Shown here: positions 52,891-60,697 of the stretch, piece after piece | Numbering within the stretch: the stretch's first letter is position 1 | Layout: every line of letters begins with the position of its first letter | Source: an uncultured Bacteroidota bacterium | Lineage (GTDB): Bacteria > Bacteroidota > Bacteroidia > Bacteroidales > FEN-979 | Assembly: GCA_937900965.1 (NCBI GenBank) | Contig: CALCGJ010000031.1 | Location: 17,341 to 81,340 of the forward strand | Length of the DNA: 64,000 nt | Reading direction: 5' to 3' | The notes under the pieces: generated by a model | What the model was told of the DNA's origin: nothing | Seen by the model: the letters and a program-made list of their open reading frames with translations, nothing else | Database searches by the model: none | Program-made: the position numbers and the translations under genes

Positions 52891-55710
52891 ATGAAGAGAC
52901 TAAAACTACTCCTGATGCTTTTTTTTCTGGCAACTGCATTGCCTCTTTTCTCACAGGTTGTTGTTACCAATCCGGAATTCGCTGTTGATATTGACTCCTG
53001 CGACGTCATATTCGACGCTACCCAGGGAAATGGTGAACTGGCGAATGTGGCCCCTCCGATTTATGCCCATACCGGGGTAATCACGAATCTCAGCACCTCT
53101 CCAACCGATTGGAAATACGTGGTGGCCGGCTGGACACAGAACATCCCGAAAGCTATGCTGATCCCTCTTGGAAACAATATCTACAAACTTAAAGTAACAC
53201 CTTCTATAAGAGAATATTATGGAGTGCCTGTATCTGAACAGATCTTGAAAATGGCATTTGTCTTCCGGAACTCCGATGGGTCAAAAGTAGGCAGGGACAG
53301 TGACGGCAGTGATATCTTCGCCGATGTCTATCCGGCCTATACAAGTGTTAACATCATCCAGCCTGTTGAAAATAACCTGCTTGTAAACCAGGGAGACAGC
53401 ATTCCTGTAGAAGCTTTTAGTCCGCTTGCCGACTCGCTCTTCCTGATCATGAATAATACAGTAGTAAAATCGGTAGCCGGACAGCTGCTGACCGATACCA
53501 TCCTGGCAGATAACTTTGGTCAGGACTGGATGGATCACTACGTTAAGATCCTGGTAAGCAACGATACAGCATCAGCCGCAGATTCATTTGCCTATATGGT
53601 GATCCCACCTTCTCCTATAGCAGCCCTGCCACAGGGTATCGTTGATGGGATCAATTACATCAACGAAACAACCGTTGTCCTCTCCCTGTTTGCACCGGGA
53701 AAACAAAACTGTTTTGTGATAGGGGATTTCAACGACTGGGAATTCGACTCGCTCTTCTATATGTATAAAACACCTGACGGAAACCGGTTCTGGATAGAGC
53801 TAACCGGTCTCATCCCTCAGAAAGAGTATATTTTTCAATACCTGGTTAACGGCACACTCAGAGTTGGAGATCCCTATGCCGATAAAGTCAGTGACTATGA
53901 CGACAGGTACATTTCAAACAGTACGTACCCGAACCTGATCCCTTATCCAACCGGTAAAACGACAGGTATTGCCACGGTCCTCCAAACCGCACAGGATCCC
54001 TATCCATGGAAACCAACCTCATTCACTCCTCCCGATGTCACCGACCTGGTTATCTATGAGTTATTGATCCGGGATTTTACTGCTCAACACGATTTCCAAT
54101 CCCTGATAGATACCCTGGATTACCTGAAGAGACTGGGTGTAAATGCTGTTGAACTGATGCCGATCATGGAGTTTGAAGGAAATATCAGCTGGGGGTATAA
54201 CCCCGATTTCAGTTTCGCCGTGGATAAATACTACGGGCCAAAAAACAGCTGCAAACAATTCGTGGAAGCAGCCCATGCCAAAGGGATAGCAGTAATCCTG
54301 GATATCGTTTGCAATCACCACTTCGGGCAATCTCCGCTGGTAAGGTTATACTGGGATGGAGCCAGCCAGCGACCAGCCCAAGATAATCCCTGGTTTAACC
54401 AGATCCCAAAGCATCCTTACAATGTTGGCTATGATTTTAACCACGAGAGCATCTACACAAAGAACTACATGGAACGGTTGATCCGTTACTGGATCAGTGA
54501 GTACCATATTGATGGATACCGTTTCGACCTCTCCAAGGGATTAACACAAAAAGATTCATACCCGAATAATGTAAGCCTCTGGGGGAAGTATGATCAATCA
54601 CGTATAGATATTCTGAAAAACTACGCAAACGCAATCTGGTCAATAAGTCCGAAAGCATATGTCATTCTTGAACATTTCGCTGATAACGACGAAGAGATCG
54701 TGCTGGCAGCTGACGACATGCTGATTTGGGGAAACATGACCGGCTCCTATGGAGACGGATCCATGGGATGGAACCAGAATGGTAAATCAAATCTCTCATG
54801 GGCCTCCTATATGCAGCGTGGCTGGGACGAGCCAAACCTTGTTGTATATATGGAGAGCCATGATGAAGAACGGATGATGTATAAAAATATCACCTGGGGC
54901 AATACTACCTCAGGTTACTCAATCAAGGATACTGCAACCGGCCTGAAAAGAATCGAACTGGCAGCCAATTTCTTCTTCGGCATCCCTGGGCCAAAGATGA
55001 TCTGGCAGTTCGGGGAGCTCGGTTACGACTATTCGATCAACTGGCCTACCGGAACGAATGAATCACGGCTCACTCCAAAACCTATCCGCTGGGATTACTT
55101 TTCCCAACCGCAGAGAAAACACGTTTACAATATCTTTGCGTCACTTGCAAATCTAAAAAAGAATCAACCCGCGTTCAAAACGACCAACTTTACACTGAAT
55201 GTTGCCAATGCCATGAAGTCGATCGTTCTGAGAAATGACAATATGGATGTGGTAATCCTTGGAAATTTTGATTTGTCCGAGAATGAGATTATCCCCAACT
55301 TTACAACTACGGGTAAATGGTATGACTACTGGACGGGGGATTCACTTGATGTAACCGATACCGGGATGCCAATCCTGTTGACTGAAGGCGAATACCGGTT
55401 ATATACCTCCAAAAAGCTACCCTCTCCTCCTTTCCTAGGAATCAATGATTCTGATTATAATACTGATAATAAAATACTTAACGCACATATTTATCCAAAT
55501 CCAACCTCCGGGATTCTGCATATCGAAACCCGGGAACAAGAGCTCCAGGTAGTTGTATCAGATCAGAGTGGCAGGCAACTTATTCAAACGACTATTTATG
55601 GAGAAGCTAAATCAACACTTGATCTTGGGTCGCTGAAGCCAGGGATGTATTTCATCCGTTTCACAGCTCAGGGAAAAGCGCAAATTGTGGGGAAAGTCAT
55701 TAAATACTAA
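52891..55710 (+). CDS. Secreted GH13 alpha-amylase-family enzyme with N-terminal binding modules and T9SS C-terminal sorting domain
   Basis: The signal peptide is MKRLKLLLMLFFLATALPLFSQ. The CBM48-like module is FVIGDFNDWEFD…YIFQYLVNG. The GH13 regions are LDIVCNHH, GYRFDLSKG, VILEHFA and YMESHDEER. The T9SS tail is HIYPNPTSGILHIE…GMYFIRF…GKVIKY. Confidence 0.88.
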   Translation: MKRLKLLLMLFFLATALPLFSQVVVTNPEFAVDIDSCDVIFDATQGNGELANVAPPIYAHTGVITNLSTSPTDWKYVVAGWTQNIPKAMLIPLGNNIYKLKVTPSIREYYGVPVSEQILKMAFVFRNSDGSKVGRDSDGSDIFADVYPAYTSVNIIQPVENNLLVNQGDSIPVEAFSPLADSLFLIMNNTVVKSVAGQLLTDTILADNFGQDWMDHYVKILVSNDTASAADSFAYMVIPPSPIAALPQGIVDGINYINETTVVLSLFAPGKQNCFVIGDFNDWEFDSLFYMYKTPDGNRFWIELTGLIPQKEYIFQYLVNGTLRVGDPYADKVSDYDDRYISNSTYPNLIPYPTGKTTGIATVLQTAQDPYPWKPTSFTPPDVTDLVIYELLIRDFTAQHDFQSLIDTLDYLKRLGVNAVELMPIMEFEGNISWGYNPDFSFAVDKYYGPKNSCKQFVEAAHAKGIAVILDIVCNHHFGQSPLVRLYWDGASQRPAQDNPWFNQIPKHPYNVGYDFNHESIYTKNYMERLIRYWISEYHIDGYRFDLSKGLTQKDSYPNNVSLWGKYDQSRIDILKNYANAIWSISPKAYVILEHFADNDEEIVLAADDMLIWGNMTGSYGDGSMGWNQNGKSNLSWASYMQRGWDEPNLVVYMESHDEERMMYKNITWGNTTSGYSIKDTATGLKRIELAANFFFGIPGPKMIWQFGELGYDYSINWPTGTNESRLTPKPIRWDYFSQPQRKHVYNIFASLANLKKNQPAFKTTNFTLNVANAMKSIVLRNDNMDVVILGNFDLSENEIIPNFTTTGKWYDYWTGDSLDVTDTGMPILLTEGEYRLYTSKKLPSPPFLGINDSDYNTDNKILNAHIYPNPTSGILHIETREQELQVVVSDQSGRQLIQTTIYGEAKSTLDLGSLKPGMYFIRFTAQGKAQIVGKVIKY

Positions 55711-55722
55711 TACCCCTTCCTG

Positions 55723-55810
55723 CCCCTAAATCCCCTAAAGGGGACTTGCTCCGCTTCGCGGGTCTATCCTCCCGAAGGGAGGGGTAAGTCCCCTTCAGGG
55801 GATTTAGGGG
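55723..55810. repeat. Inverted pair of R1 elements (55723..55747 and 55786..55810) flanking the hairpin CCTCCC-gaa-GGGAGG; probable bidirectional terminator between convergent genes
   Basis: cccctaaatcccctaaaggggactt … aagtccccttcaggggatttagggg. A further hairpin, GGGGTTTT-caaca-AAAACCCC, is at 55807..55827. The right half lies inside the 3' end of the pepE ORF. Confidence 0.85.
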
Positions 55811-56546
55811 TTTTCAACAAAAACCCCAGATCATCCCTTGCATTCACTTCCCGGGTCTCTTCTCCGTATTTAAATATCCGTAAAGGACGTTCTCCTATCA
55901 GTTCCATGTTATCATCAGTAACTTTCAGCAAACAGCCTTCACGCAATCCGGCAACATAGATGTCCCTGTTCACCGTGAGGAACTCAAGAATCCGTTGCTC
56001 CCTGGTCTCACCGGCATGACCGGCAGGATTTGCATCAAGATAATGTGGATTGATCTGAAAAGGGATCAGGTTCAAACAGTTAAATGAAGGAGGTTCACTG
56101 ATCGGCATGTCGTTGGTCGTCTTCATGGTAGGACAGGCAACATTCGAACCAGCACTCCATCCGGCATAGGGAATCCCCTGCAGAACCCGCTCACGGATAG
56201 CATCCATCGCTCCTGTGGCCTGCATCATCATAACAAGGTGAAAGGTATTTCCCCCTCCCACGGCAATCGCTTCAGCATTCATTACTGCAGCAATAGGATC
56301 AGACTCCCGGTGAATGGAATGAATACCAAGGCCAAGGTCATTGAATACACCAGCAACCCTCTTTTCATATATATCAAAGGAATCCGCTACACTGTCGGGA
56401 GCCAGGTTAACCCCGGCATAGGGGACGAAAAGAATATTTTTTACGCCATATCCCTGATAAAAGGATTTCAGGTGTTGTCGGGGCCAGGCGAGATAGTCCT
56501 CGCCAGCATTGGTTGAATTGCTTATCAGCAATAGGTTTCTGTTCAT
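55764..56546 (-). CDS. pepE: Dipeptidase E (peptidase S51) with a ~16-aa repeat-encoded C-terminal tail
   Basis: It has LLLISNSTNAG, GGNTFHL and the nucleophile motif GWSAGSNV. The tail KTPKSPEGDLPLPSGG is the translation of the R1/hairpin repeats. Confidence 0.85.
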   Translation of the reverse strand: MNRNLLLISNSTNAGEDYLAWPRQHLKSFYQGYGVKNILFVPYAGVNLAPDSVADSFDIYEKRVAGVFNDLGLGIHSIHRESDPIAAVMNAEAIAVGGGNTFHLVMMMQATGAMDAIRERVLQGIPYAGWSAGSNVACPTMKTTNDMPISEPPSFNCLNLIPFQINPHYLDANPAGHAGETREQRILEFLTVNRDIYVAGLREGCLLKVTDDNMELIGERPLRIFKYGEETREVNARDDLGFLLKTPKSPEGDLPLPSGG

Positions 56547-56549
56547 ATT

Positions 56550-59246
56550 TTATGGTGTTTTGAGTAACTGTTCCGTTTGAAGTTGCCGCCACCTGCTGGT
56601 ATATGCGTTTGCAAATTTAACAAACCAACGGTTTCCTCCCGTATAACTTCTGACACGATTTTCGGGATCTCCATCTGGAAATGCCCTGAAATCTGAGATT
56701 GACAATGCATTCCCAACTCTCTCCTGGAGCTCCCTGACATCCCTTGCTTCCATATCTTCCCGTTTAAGCCAGGTCAGGCAAATCCAGGCTGAGTTCACAT
56801 CTCCGGTTTGAAGGAAAAAAGTAACAGCTTCAATATACATAGGCACTCTCGATGACTGAGCTACAAAATCAAGGGTAGTAACTTTTGGGACTCCAAATTG
56901 CTCAAGTTGTGTATTAAGGTAAAAGCGATCGTTGTCATTAGCAAGTTTCATTGCAGCCTGAAAATTTCCTATAGTAAGCTGGTTAAGAGCCTGCTGCTGT
57001 TTCTCCAAATAGAAAGCTGCCGAAATATATTTTTTGATGGTATCATCGTATGCCTGGAGATCGAGTTCACATTCAGGGTGTTGTCTGGCTTTCTGGCGAG
57101 CGTCACCCAGCTGCTTGACAGCCAGGTCAAACTGCTTCAGTTCAATATTCCGCCACGCCCTGATAGCGAGCATATCTGCCTCCTCTTTTGCACTGAGGCA
57201 GATCTTCAGGTCGATCTTACGGCGATAACTGCTGAGAGCCGATTGCAGGTCGGGATCCATATCCAGATTATACAGGTCCATTACACTCTCCACCTCCTGT
57301 ACGTACTCTTTTGCCATCTCAAGTTCGTTCTTCCAGATCATCCCAGTTGCCATAGATATCTCATTCAGCATATGGTGCTTGTAGCTTTCCAGGGCCATAC
57401 GTTCGAGGGCTGTATCCAGTGGCATCCCAAGAACCGTGCCCACCTCCTTCATCCGGTTGAATGTTTTATATGCCTCCTCATGGTTGTAGGTCATATACAG
57501 GTATGTTCCCCTGTCGGCCAGGTGCTGGTATCGGATCGGCAATATCCTGTTATTCAGCTCATCACACGCAGACTGGATCTCCGGATCATTCTTGATCAGA
57601 TCGGAATACCGGCATACATTATCATAGCTTGCAAGTGCACTGTCTGTCAACCGTTGACGTACAAAAAGAAGTGTTTGGTCTCTCTCTTTAAAAAACAACC
57701 CCTTCAACGCCTCCATCTCCCTGGATTCCAGGTGGTCTTCAACATATGCAATCATCTCCGGCGGATAACTAAGAGAGAAGAGCTGGTAACAATCGAGTGC
57801 TTCCTGGTATTGTTTCTCTCCCAATATAAAGTCGCACCCCTGAAGCCGCTGGTCGAACAACTTTCGAAACACCCGTTGAAACATTGTGTCAGTTGGAATT
57901 ACTCCTTCATAACCAGCCAGGTAATCTCCTGCATGGCTGATATAATCTTCAGCCATTTGAAATTTCCGGAGGTTGATGCAACTTTCAGCTATACCGAGAT
58001 ATGATGCATAGATCCCCTTGACAGCTTCACCCTGCAACGGTTTATTATCGGGCTCCATCTGCATCGGAACCTGCTCTTTATAGGCACTGGCATGTTCCAG
58101 GAGAGTGATAGCACCTACATAATTGGATTCGTCAATCAACTGTCTTGCTCCTTGCAAATAGGCATCCCACACAGTTTGTGTGATACTATGTAACCTGTTG
58201 GTCGGATCTTCTGAAGGATACATCTTTTTAACCAGGTCATTTAATGTTTCCTTCTCATTCGTGAAGCCTGTGCTCAGAAACCAGGAGTCAAGATATTCCT
58301 TGTAGAGGTCTCCCCGGATGTCGTTTAACAGCATCGATCTCCGGATGTAGGATATAAGATGTAAGATATAGGTCTCTGCCAGATCTGTCAATGATCCTTT
58401 CCAGTCAATCAGGGCTGGATCTGCCAGTTGTTGTACGAAGGTCATGGTAGCACTTCGTGAGAATTTATCAAGTTTCAGGAACTTCCCGGCAAATTGTTCC
58501 GGATCATTTCCATTAAGATGGAGCTGCACGTCAAAATTATGATCACGGATTAAACGAACAATTCTGTTGACCTCCATCAGGAGAATATATTTTTCAGGCA
58601 GGTCCGCTGTGGATAATGGATTGTAATTATCCGTAGCCTCAAGAAGATAATCAGTCAGGGCAGCCGCAGCAAAGTAGTCGTTGACCAACTGAATTCTGCT
58701 CCGAAACTTCTCAAAGGCAGCATCGCTGAAATGGAAAGTGATGTCGCTCAGGGTAACAGAGAATTTTCCGGGTACCACAACAGGGATATCAGAGCTGGTA
58801 TAACCCGTTACAAGTTGACTGACACTCAGGTTTGTCAGGTTGTATTGCCGGAGGATGTTGCTGTCGGGGAGGTCGATCAGGTTGAGGTTACAGGTCAGCA
58901 GGTCGGGACTGAGCACCTCATTCATAGAGAAGCCCCGGTATAAAGGGGAGCTGAAAGAATGAATGTCATTAAAACGGATGTTCACTTCCGGGCTCTTCAT
59001 CGCCGGAAGTCTCACTTCCAGAATCTCCGAGTACGCAACACCGATTTTAAGTCGCTTTGGACTTTCATCCAGTGCTGAAGCCAGTTTGATCAGGATAGCA
59101 TTGCTATTGGAATGTGTTGATGAGGCGGGTTGTTGAAAAAAAATGAAGGTATGCTGTTCAGTCAATCGATTATACGTTGCTTCCTGCCCATACAAAAAGA
59201 ACGGGAACCAGAAGATTGCAGCAATAAAAACGTTTTTAAATATCAT
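56550..59246 (-). CDS. Large hypothetical exported/membrane-anchored protein rich in TPR-like helical repeats
   Basis: The ATG at 59246 gives MIFKNVFIAAIFWFPFFLYGQE. The protein is about 900 aa and helical. Its stop lies 3 nt before the pepE ATG (TAAaatATG). I recognise no catalytic motif. Confidence 0.6.
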   Translation of the reverse strand: MIFKNVFIAAIFWFPFFLYGQEATYNRLTEQHTFIFFQQPASSTHSNSNAILIKLASALDESPKRLKIGVAYSEILEVRLPAMKSPEVNIRFNDIHSFSSPLYRGFSMNEVLSPDLLTCNLNLIDLPDSNILRQYNLTNLSVSQLVTGYTSSDIPVVVPGKFSVTLSDITFHFSDAAFEKFRSRIQLVNDYFAAAALTDYLLEATDNYNPLSTADLPEKYILLMEVNRIVRLIRDHNFDVQLHLNGNDPEQFAGKFLKLDKFSRSATMTFVQQLADPALIDWKGSLTDLAETYILHLISYIRRSMLLNDIRGDLYKEYLDSWFLSTGFTNEKETLNDLVKKMYPSEDPTNRLHSITQTVWDAYLQGARQLIDESNYVGAITLLEHASAYKEQVPMQMEPDNKPLQGEAVKGIYASYLGIAESCINLRKFQMAEDYISHAGDYLAGYEGVIPTDTMFQRVFRKLFDQRLQGCDFILGEKQYQEALDCYQLFSLSYPPEMIAYVEDHLESREMEALKGLFFKERDQTLLFVRQRLTDSALASYDNVCRYSDLIKNDPEIQSACDELNNRILPIRYQHLADRGTYLYMTYNHEEAYKTFNRMKEVGTVLGMPLDTALERMALESYKHHMLNEISMATGMIWKNELEMAKEYVQEVESVMDLYNLDMDPDLQSALSSYRRKIDLKICLSAKEEADMLAIRAWRNIELKQFDLAVKQLGDARQKARQHPECELDLQAYDDTIKKYISAAFYLEKQQQALNQLTIGNFQAAMKLANDNDRFYLNTQLEQFGVPKVTTLDFVAQSSRVPMYIEAVTFFLQTGDVNSAWICLTWLKREDMEARDVRELQERVGNALSISDFRAFPDGDPENRVRSYTGGNRWFVKFANAYTSRWRQLQTEQLLKTP

Positions 59247-59275
59247 TTCTGAACAGAAGATAAGGGGTAAGCGGA

Positions 59276-59283
59276 CAAAAATA
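59276..59283 (-). promoter_or_regulatory. Candidate -7 box TATTTTTG (minus strand) for the 900-aa gene/pepE operon
   Basis: The plus strand reads caaaaata. It lies 29 nt upstream of the ATG at 59246, which supports that start over the TTG at 59288. Confidence 0.4.
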
Positions 59284-59309
59284 ATCAATATTAATCAGAT
59301 TATTTTTTT

Positions 59310-59317
59310 TACATTTG
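59310..59317 (+). promoter_or_regulatory. Candidate -7 box TACATTTG for the RND efflux operon
   Basis: It matches TAnnTTTG and lies 50 nt upstream of the ATG at 59368. Confidence 0.4.
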
Positions 59318-59367
59318 AAATGAAAAACTCAGCAATTCCTTTCAATAGAAATAAATTTCACTTGATT

Positions 59368-60546
59368 ATGAAGAACAGATTGATTCTCTATAGACTAGCG
59401 TTCATTTTCGTTTCCTTACTTTTTTTGTATCCGGGCTGTAAGCCCAAAACTGAGGAGCAACAGGCGCCCCCTGCCCTTAACGTGATGGCCATAAAGGGAA
59501 CCCGTGTTCCCCTATCAATGAATATGGTTGGCCTGGCCGAAGGGATTCCCACAGTCGAGATCCGCGCACGTGTGGAGGGATATCTGGAAAACTGGTCATT
59601 TCGTGAAGGATCCATTGTACAGAAAGGGCAGGTTCTCTTTACAATAGAGAAAGCTGAATACATCAATAATCTCGATTACGCAACTGCCGATCTGGCTAAC
59701 AAAGAAGCAGCCTGGGAGTATGCTCAGCTCAATGTGGCCAGGCTAAAACCTCTGGTTGCTGCCAATGCCATCAGTCAGAATGACTATGACGTTGCTATGA
59801 CCCAGGAGAAACAGGCAAAGGCAGCTGTAGCCAGTGCGAAAGCTGATCTGCAGCAGGCAAATCTAAACCTCTCATACACCACCATGGCCTCCCCCATTAC
59901 AGGATATATCGGCTCCGTGCAAATCCGCCCGGGAAACCTTGTCGGGCGGGGTGAAAGCACTCTGCTTGCGACTGTTTCTGCCATTGATCCCATTTATGTT
60001 AATTTCCAGATGAATGAAACCAGTTATCTGTCGATCATGAGTTGGATAATCGAGAACAAAGCCAAACTGAAAGGGAAAGAGCAGCTTAAGGATAATAATT
60101 CTATCCCTGTTTACATGCTACTCTCTACCAAACAAACGTATCCCTTTGGAGGGACCATTGATTTCATCGGACGAGCTATCGATCCAGCAACAGGAACCAT
60201 TGCGTTGAGAGCAGAGTTCCCAAACAAAGACGGACTTATCAAACCAGGGTCCTATAGTGAGATCACATTGATCCTTGGAGTGGAGGATAACGGGATTCTC
60301 ATCCCGCAATCCAGTGTACAGCCAATCCAGGACAGAAATTTTGTTTTTATTCTCGATTCAGCCAATAAGGTCAAACGGCTACCAATTATTACAGGACAAC
60401 ATATCGAAAACATGGTTGTTGTGATGAAAGGGTTGAACATTGGAGACCGGATCCTTCTGGAGGGATATCAGAAAATACGGGATGGGATGGAAGTAACGCC
60501 CATTATGGTAAAAGATACATTGAGGGTGCCTGAGATCATAAAGTAG
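59368..60546 (+). CDS. Efflux RND transporter periplasmic adaptor (membrane fusion protein) lipoprotein
   Basis: The ATG at 59368 gives MKNRLILYRLAFIFVSLLFLYPGC|KP. The HlyD/AcrA-type motifs are RVEGYLENWSFREGSIVQKGQVLFTIE and ASPITGYIG. Confidence 0.88.
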   Translation: MKNRLILYRLAFIFVSLLFLYPGCKPKTEEQQAPPALNVMAIKGTRVPLSMNMVGLAEGIPTVEIRARVEGYLENWSFREGSIVQKGQVLFTIEKAEYINNLDYATADLANKEAAWEYAQLNVARLKPLVAANAISQNDYDVAMTQEKQAKAAVASAKADLQQANLNLSYTTMASPITGYIGSVQIRPGNLVGRGESTLLATVSAIDPIYVNFQMNETSYLSIMSWIIENKAKLKGKEQLKDNNSIPVYMLLSTKQTYPFGGTIDFIGRAIDPATGTIALRAEFPNKDGLIKPGSYSEITLILGVEDNGILIPQSSVQPIQDRNFVFILDSANKVKRLPIITGQHIENMVVVMKGLNIGDRILLEGYQKIRDGMEVTPIMVKDTLRVPEIIK

Positions 60547-60579
60547 GGTTGAGGGTCAAAGGTCAAGGGTCAAGGTAGA
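60545..60579. repeat. Heptanucleotide array AGGGTTG AGGGTCA AAGGTCA AGGGTCA AGGTAGA
   Basis: Read directly. It starts within the MFP stop codon. The same unit occurs at 63797..63831. Confidence 0.9.
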
Positions 60580-60598
60580 GACGAGGCATGCCTCGTCT
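60579..60598. repeat. R2 palindrome copy AGACGAGGCATGCCTCGTCT
   Basis: It is a perfect 20-nt palindrome with the same core as 5476 and 10371. Confidence 0.9.
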
Positions 60599-60638
60599 TA
60601 GGGAAGAAGAATAAATAGCGCCGAGCTCAGGGCACAGG

Positions 60639-60661
60639 AAGTCCCCTTTAGGATTTAGGGG
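60639..60661 (+). repeat. Degenerate R1 element AAGTCCCCTTTAGG-ATTTAGGGG
   Basis: It has 23 of the 25 positions of R1 (a 2-nt deletion and one substitution), in the same orientation relative to the downstream gene as the other intra-operon copies. Confidence 0.8.
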
Positions 60662-60662
60662 T

Positions 60663-60697
60663 GAATTCGTAAATCGTAAATCGAAATTTGAAATATG
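60663..60697 (+). repeat. Heptanucleotide leader array GAATTCG TAAATCG TAAATCG AAATTTG AAATATG ending in the permease start codon
   Basis: Read directly. The related word ATTCGTAAATCGAAATG directly precedes the AddA-like start (minus strand, 10311..10330). Confidence 0.85.

Noticed and set aside
56898-58004. Long antisense ORFs inside large genes. Examples are 368 aa at 56898..58004, 235 aa at 35805..36512, 222 aa at 37347..38015, 236 aa at 61543..62253 and 195 aa at 30738..31325.
   Set aside because: Each lies fully within, and antisense to, a gene with clear family motifs. Their composition is low-complexity or Cys/His-rich shadow sequence. I treat them as non-coding shadow ORFs.
59143-59367. 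The longer MFP ORF starting at ATG 59143
   Set aside because: The extension overlaps the divergent 900-aa gene and its promoter region and has no signal peptide. The ATG at 59368 gives a textbook lipoprotein signal (…LFLYPGC) and lies downstream of a TAnnTTTG box.
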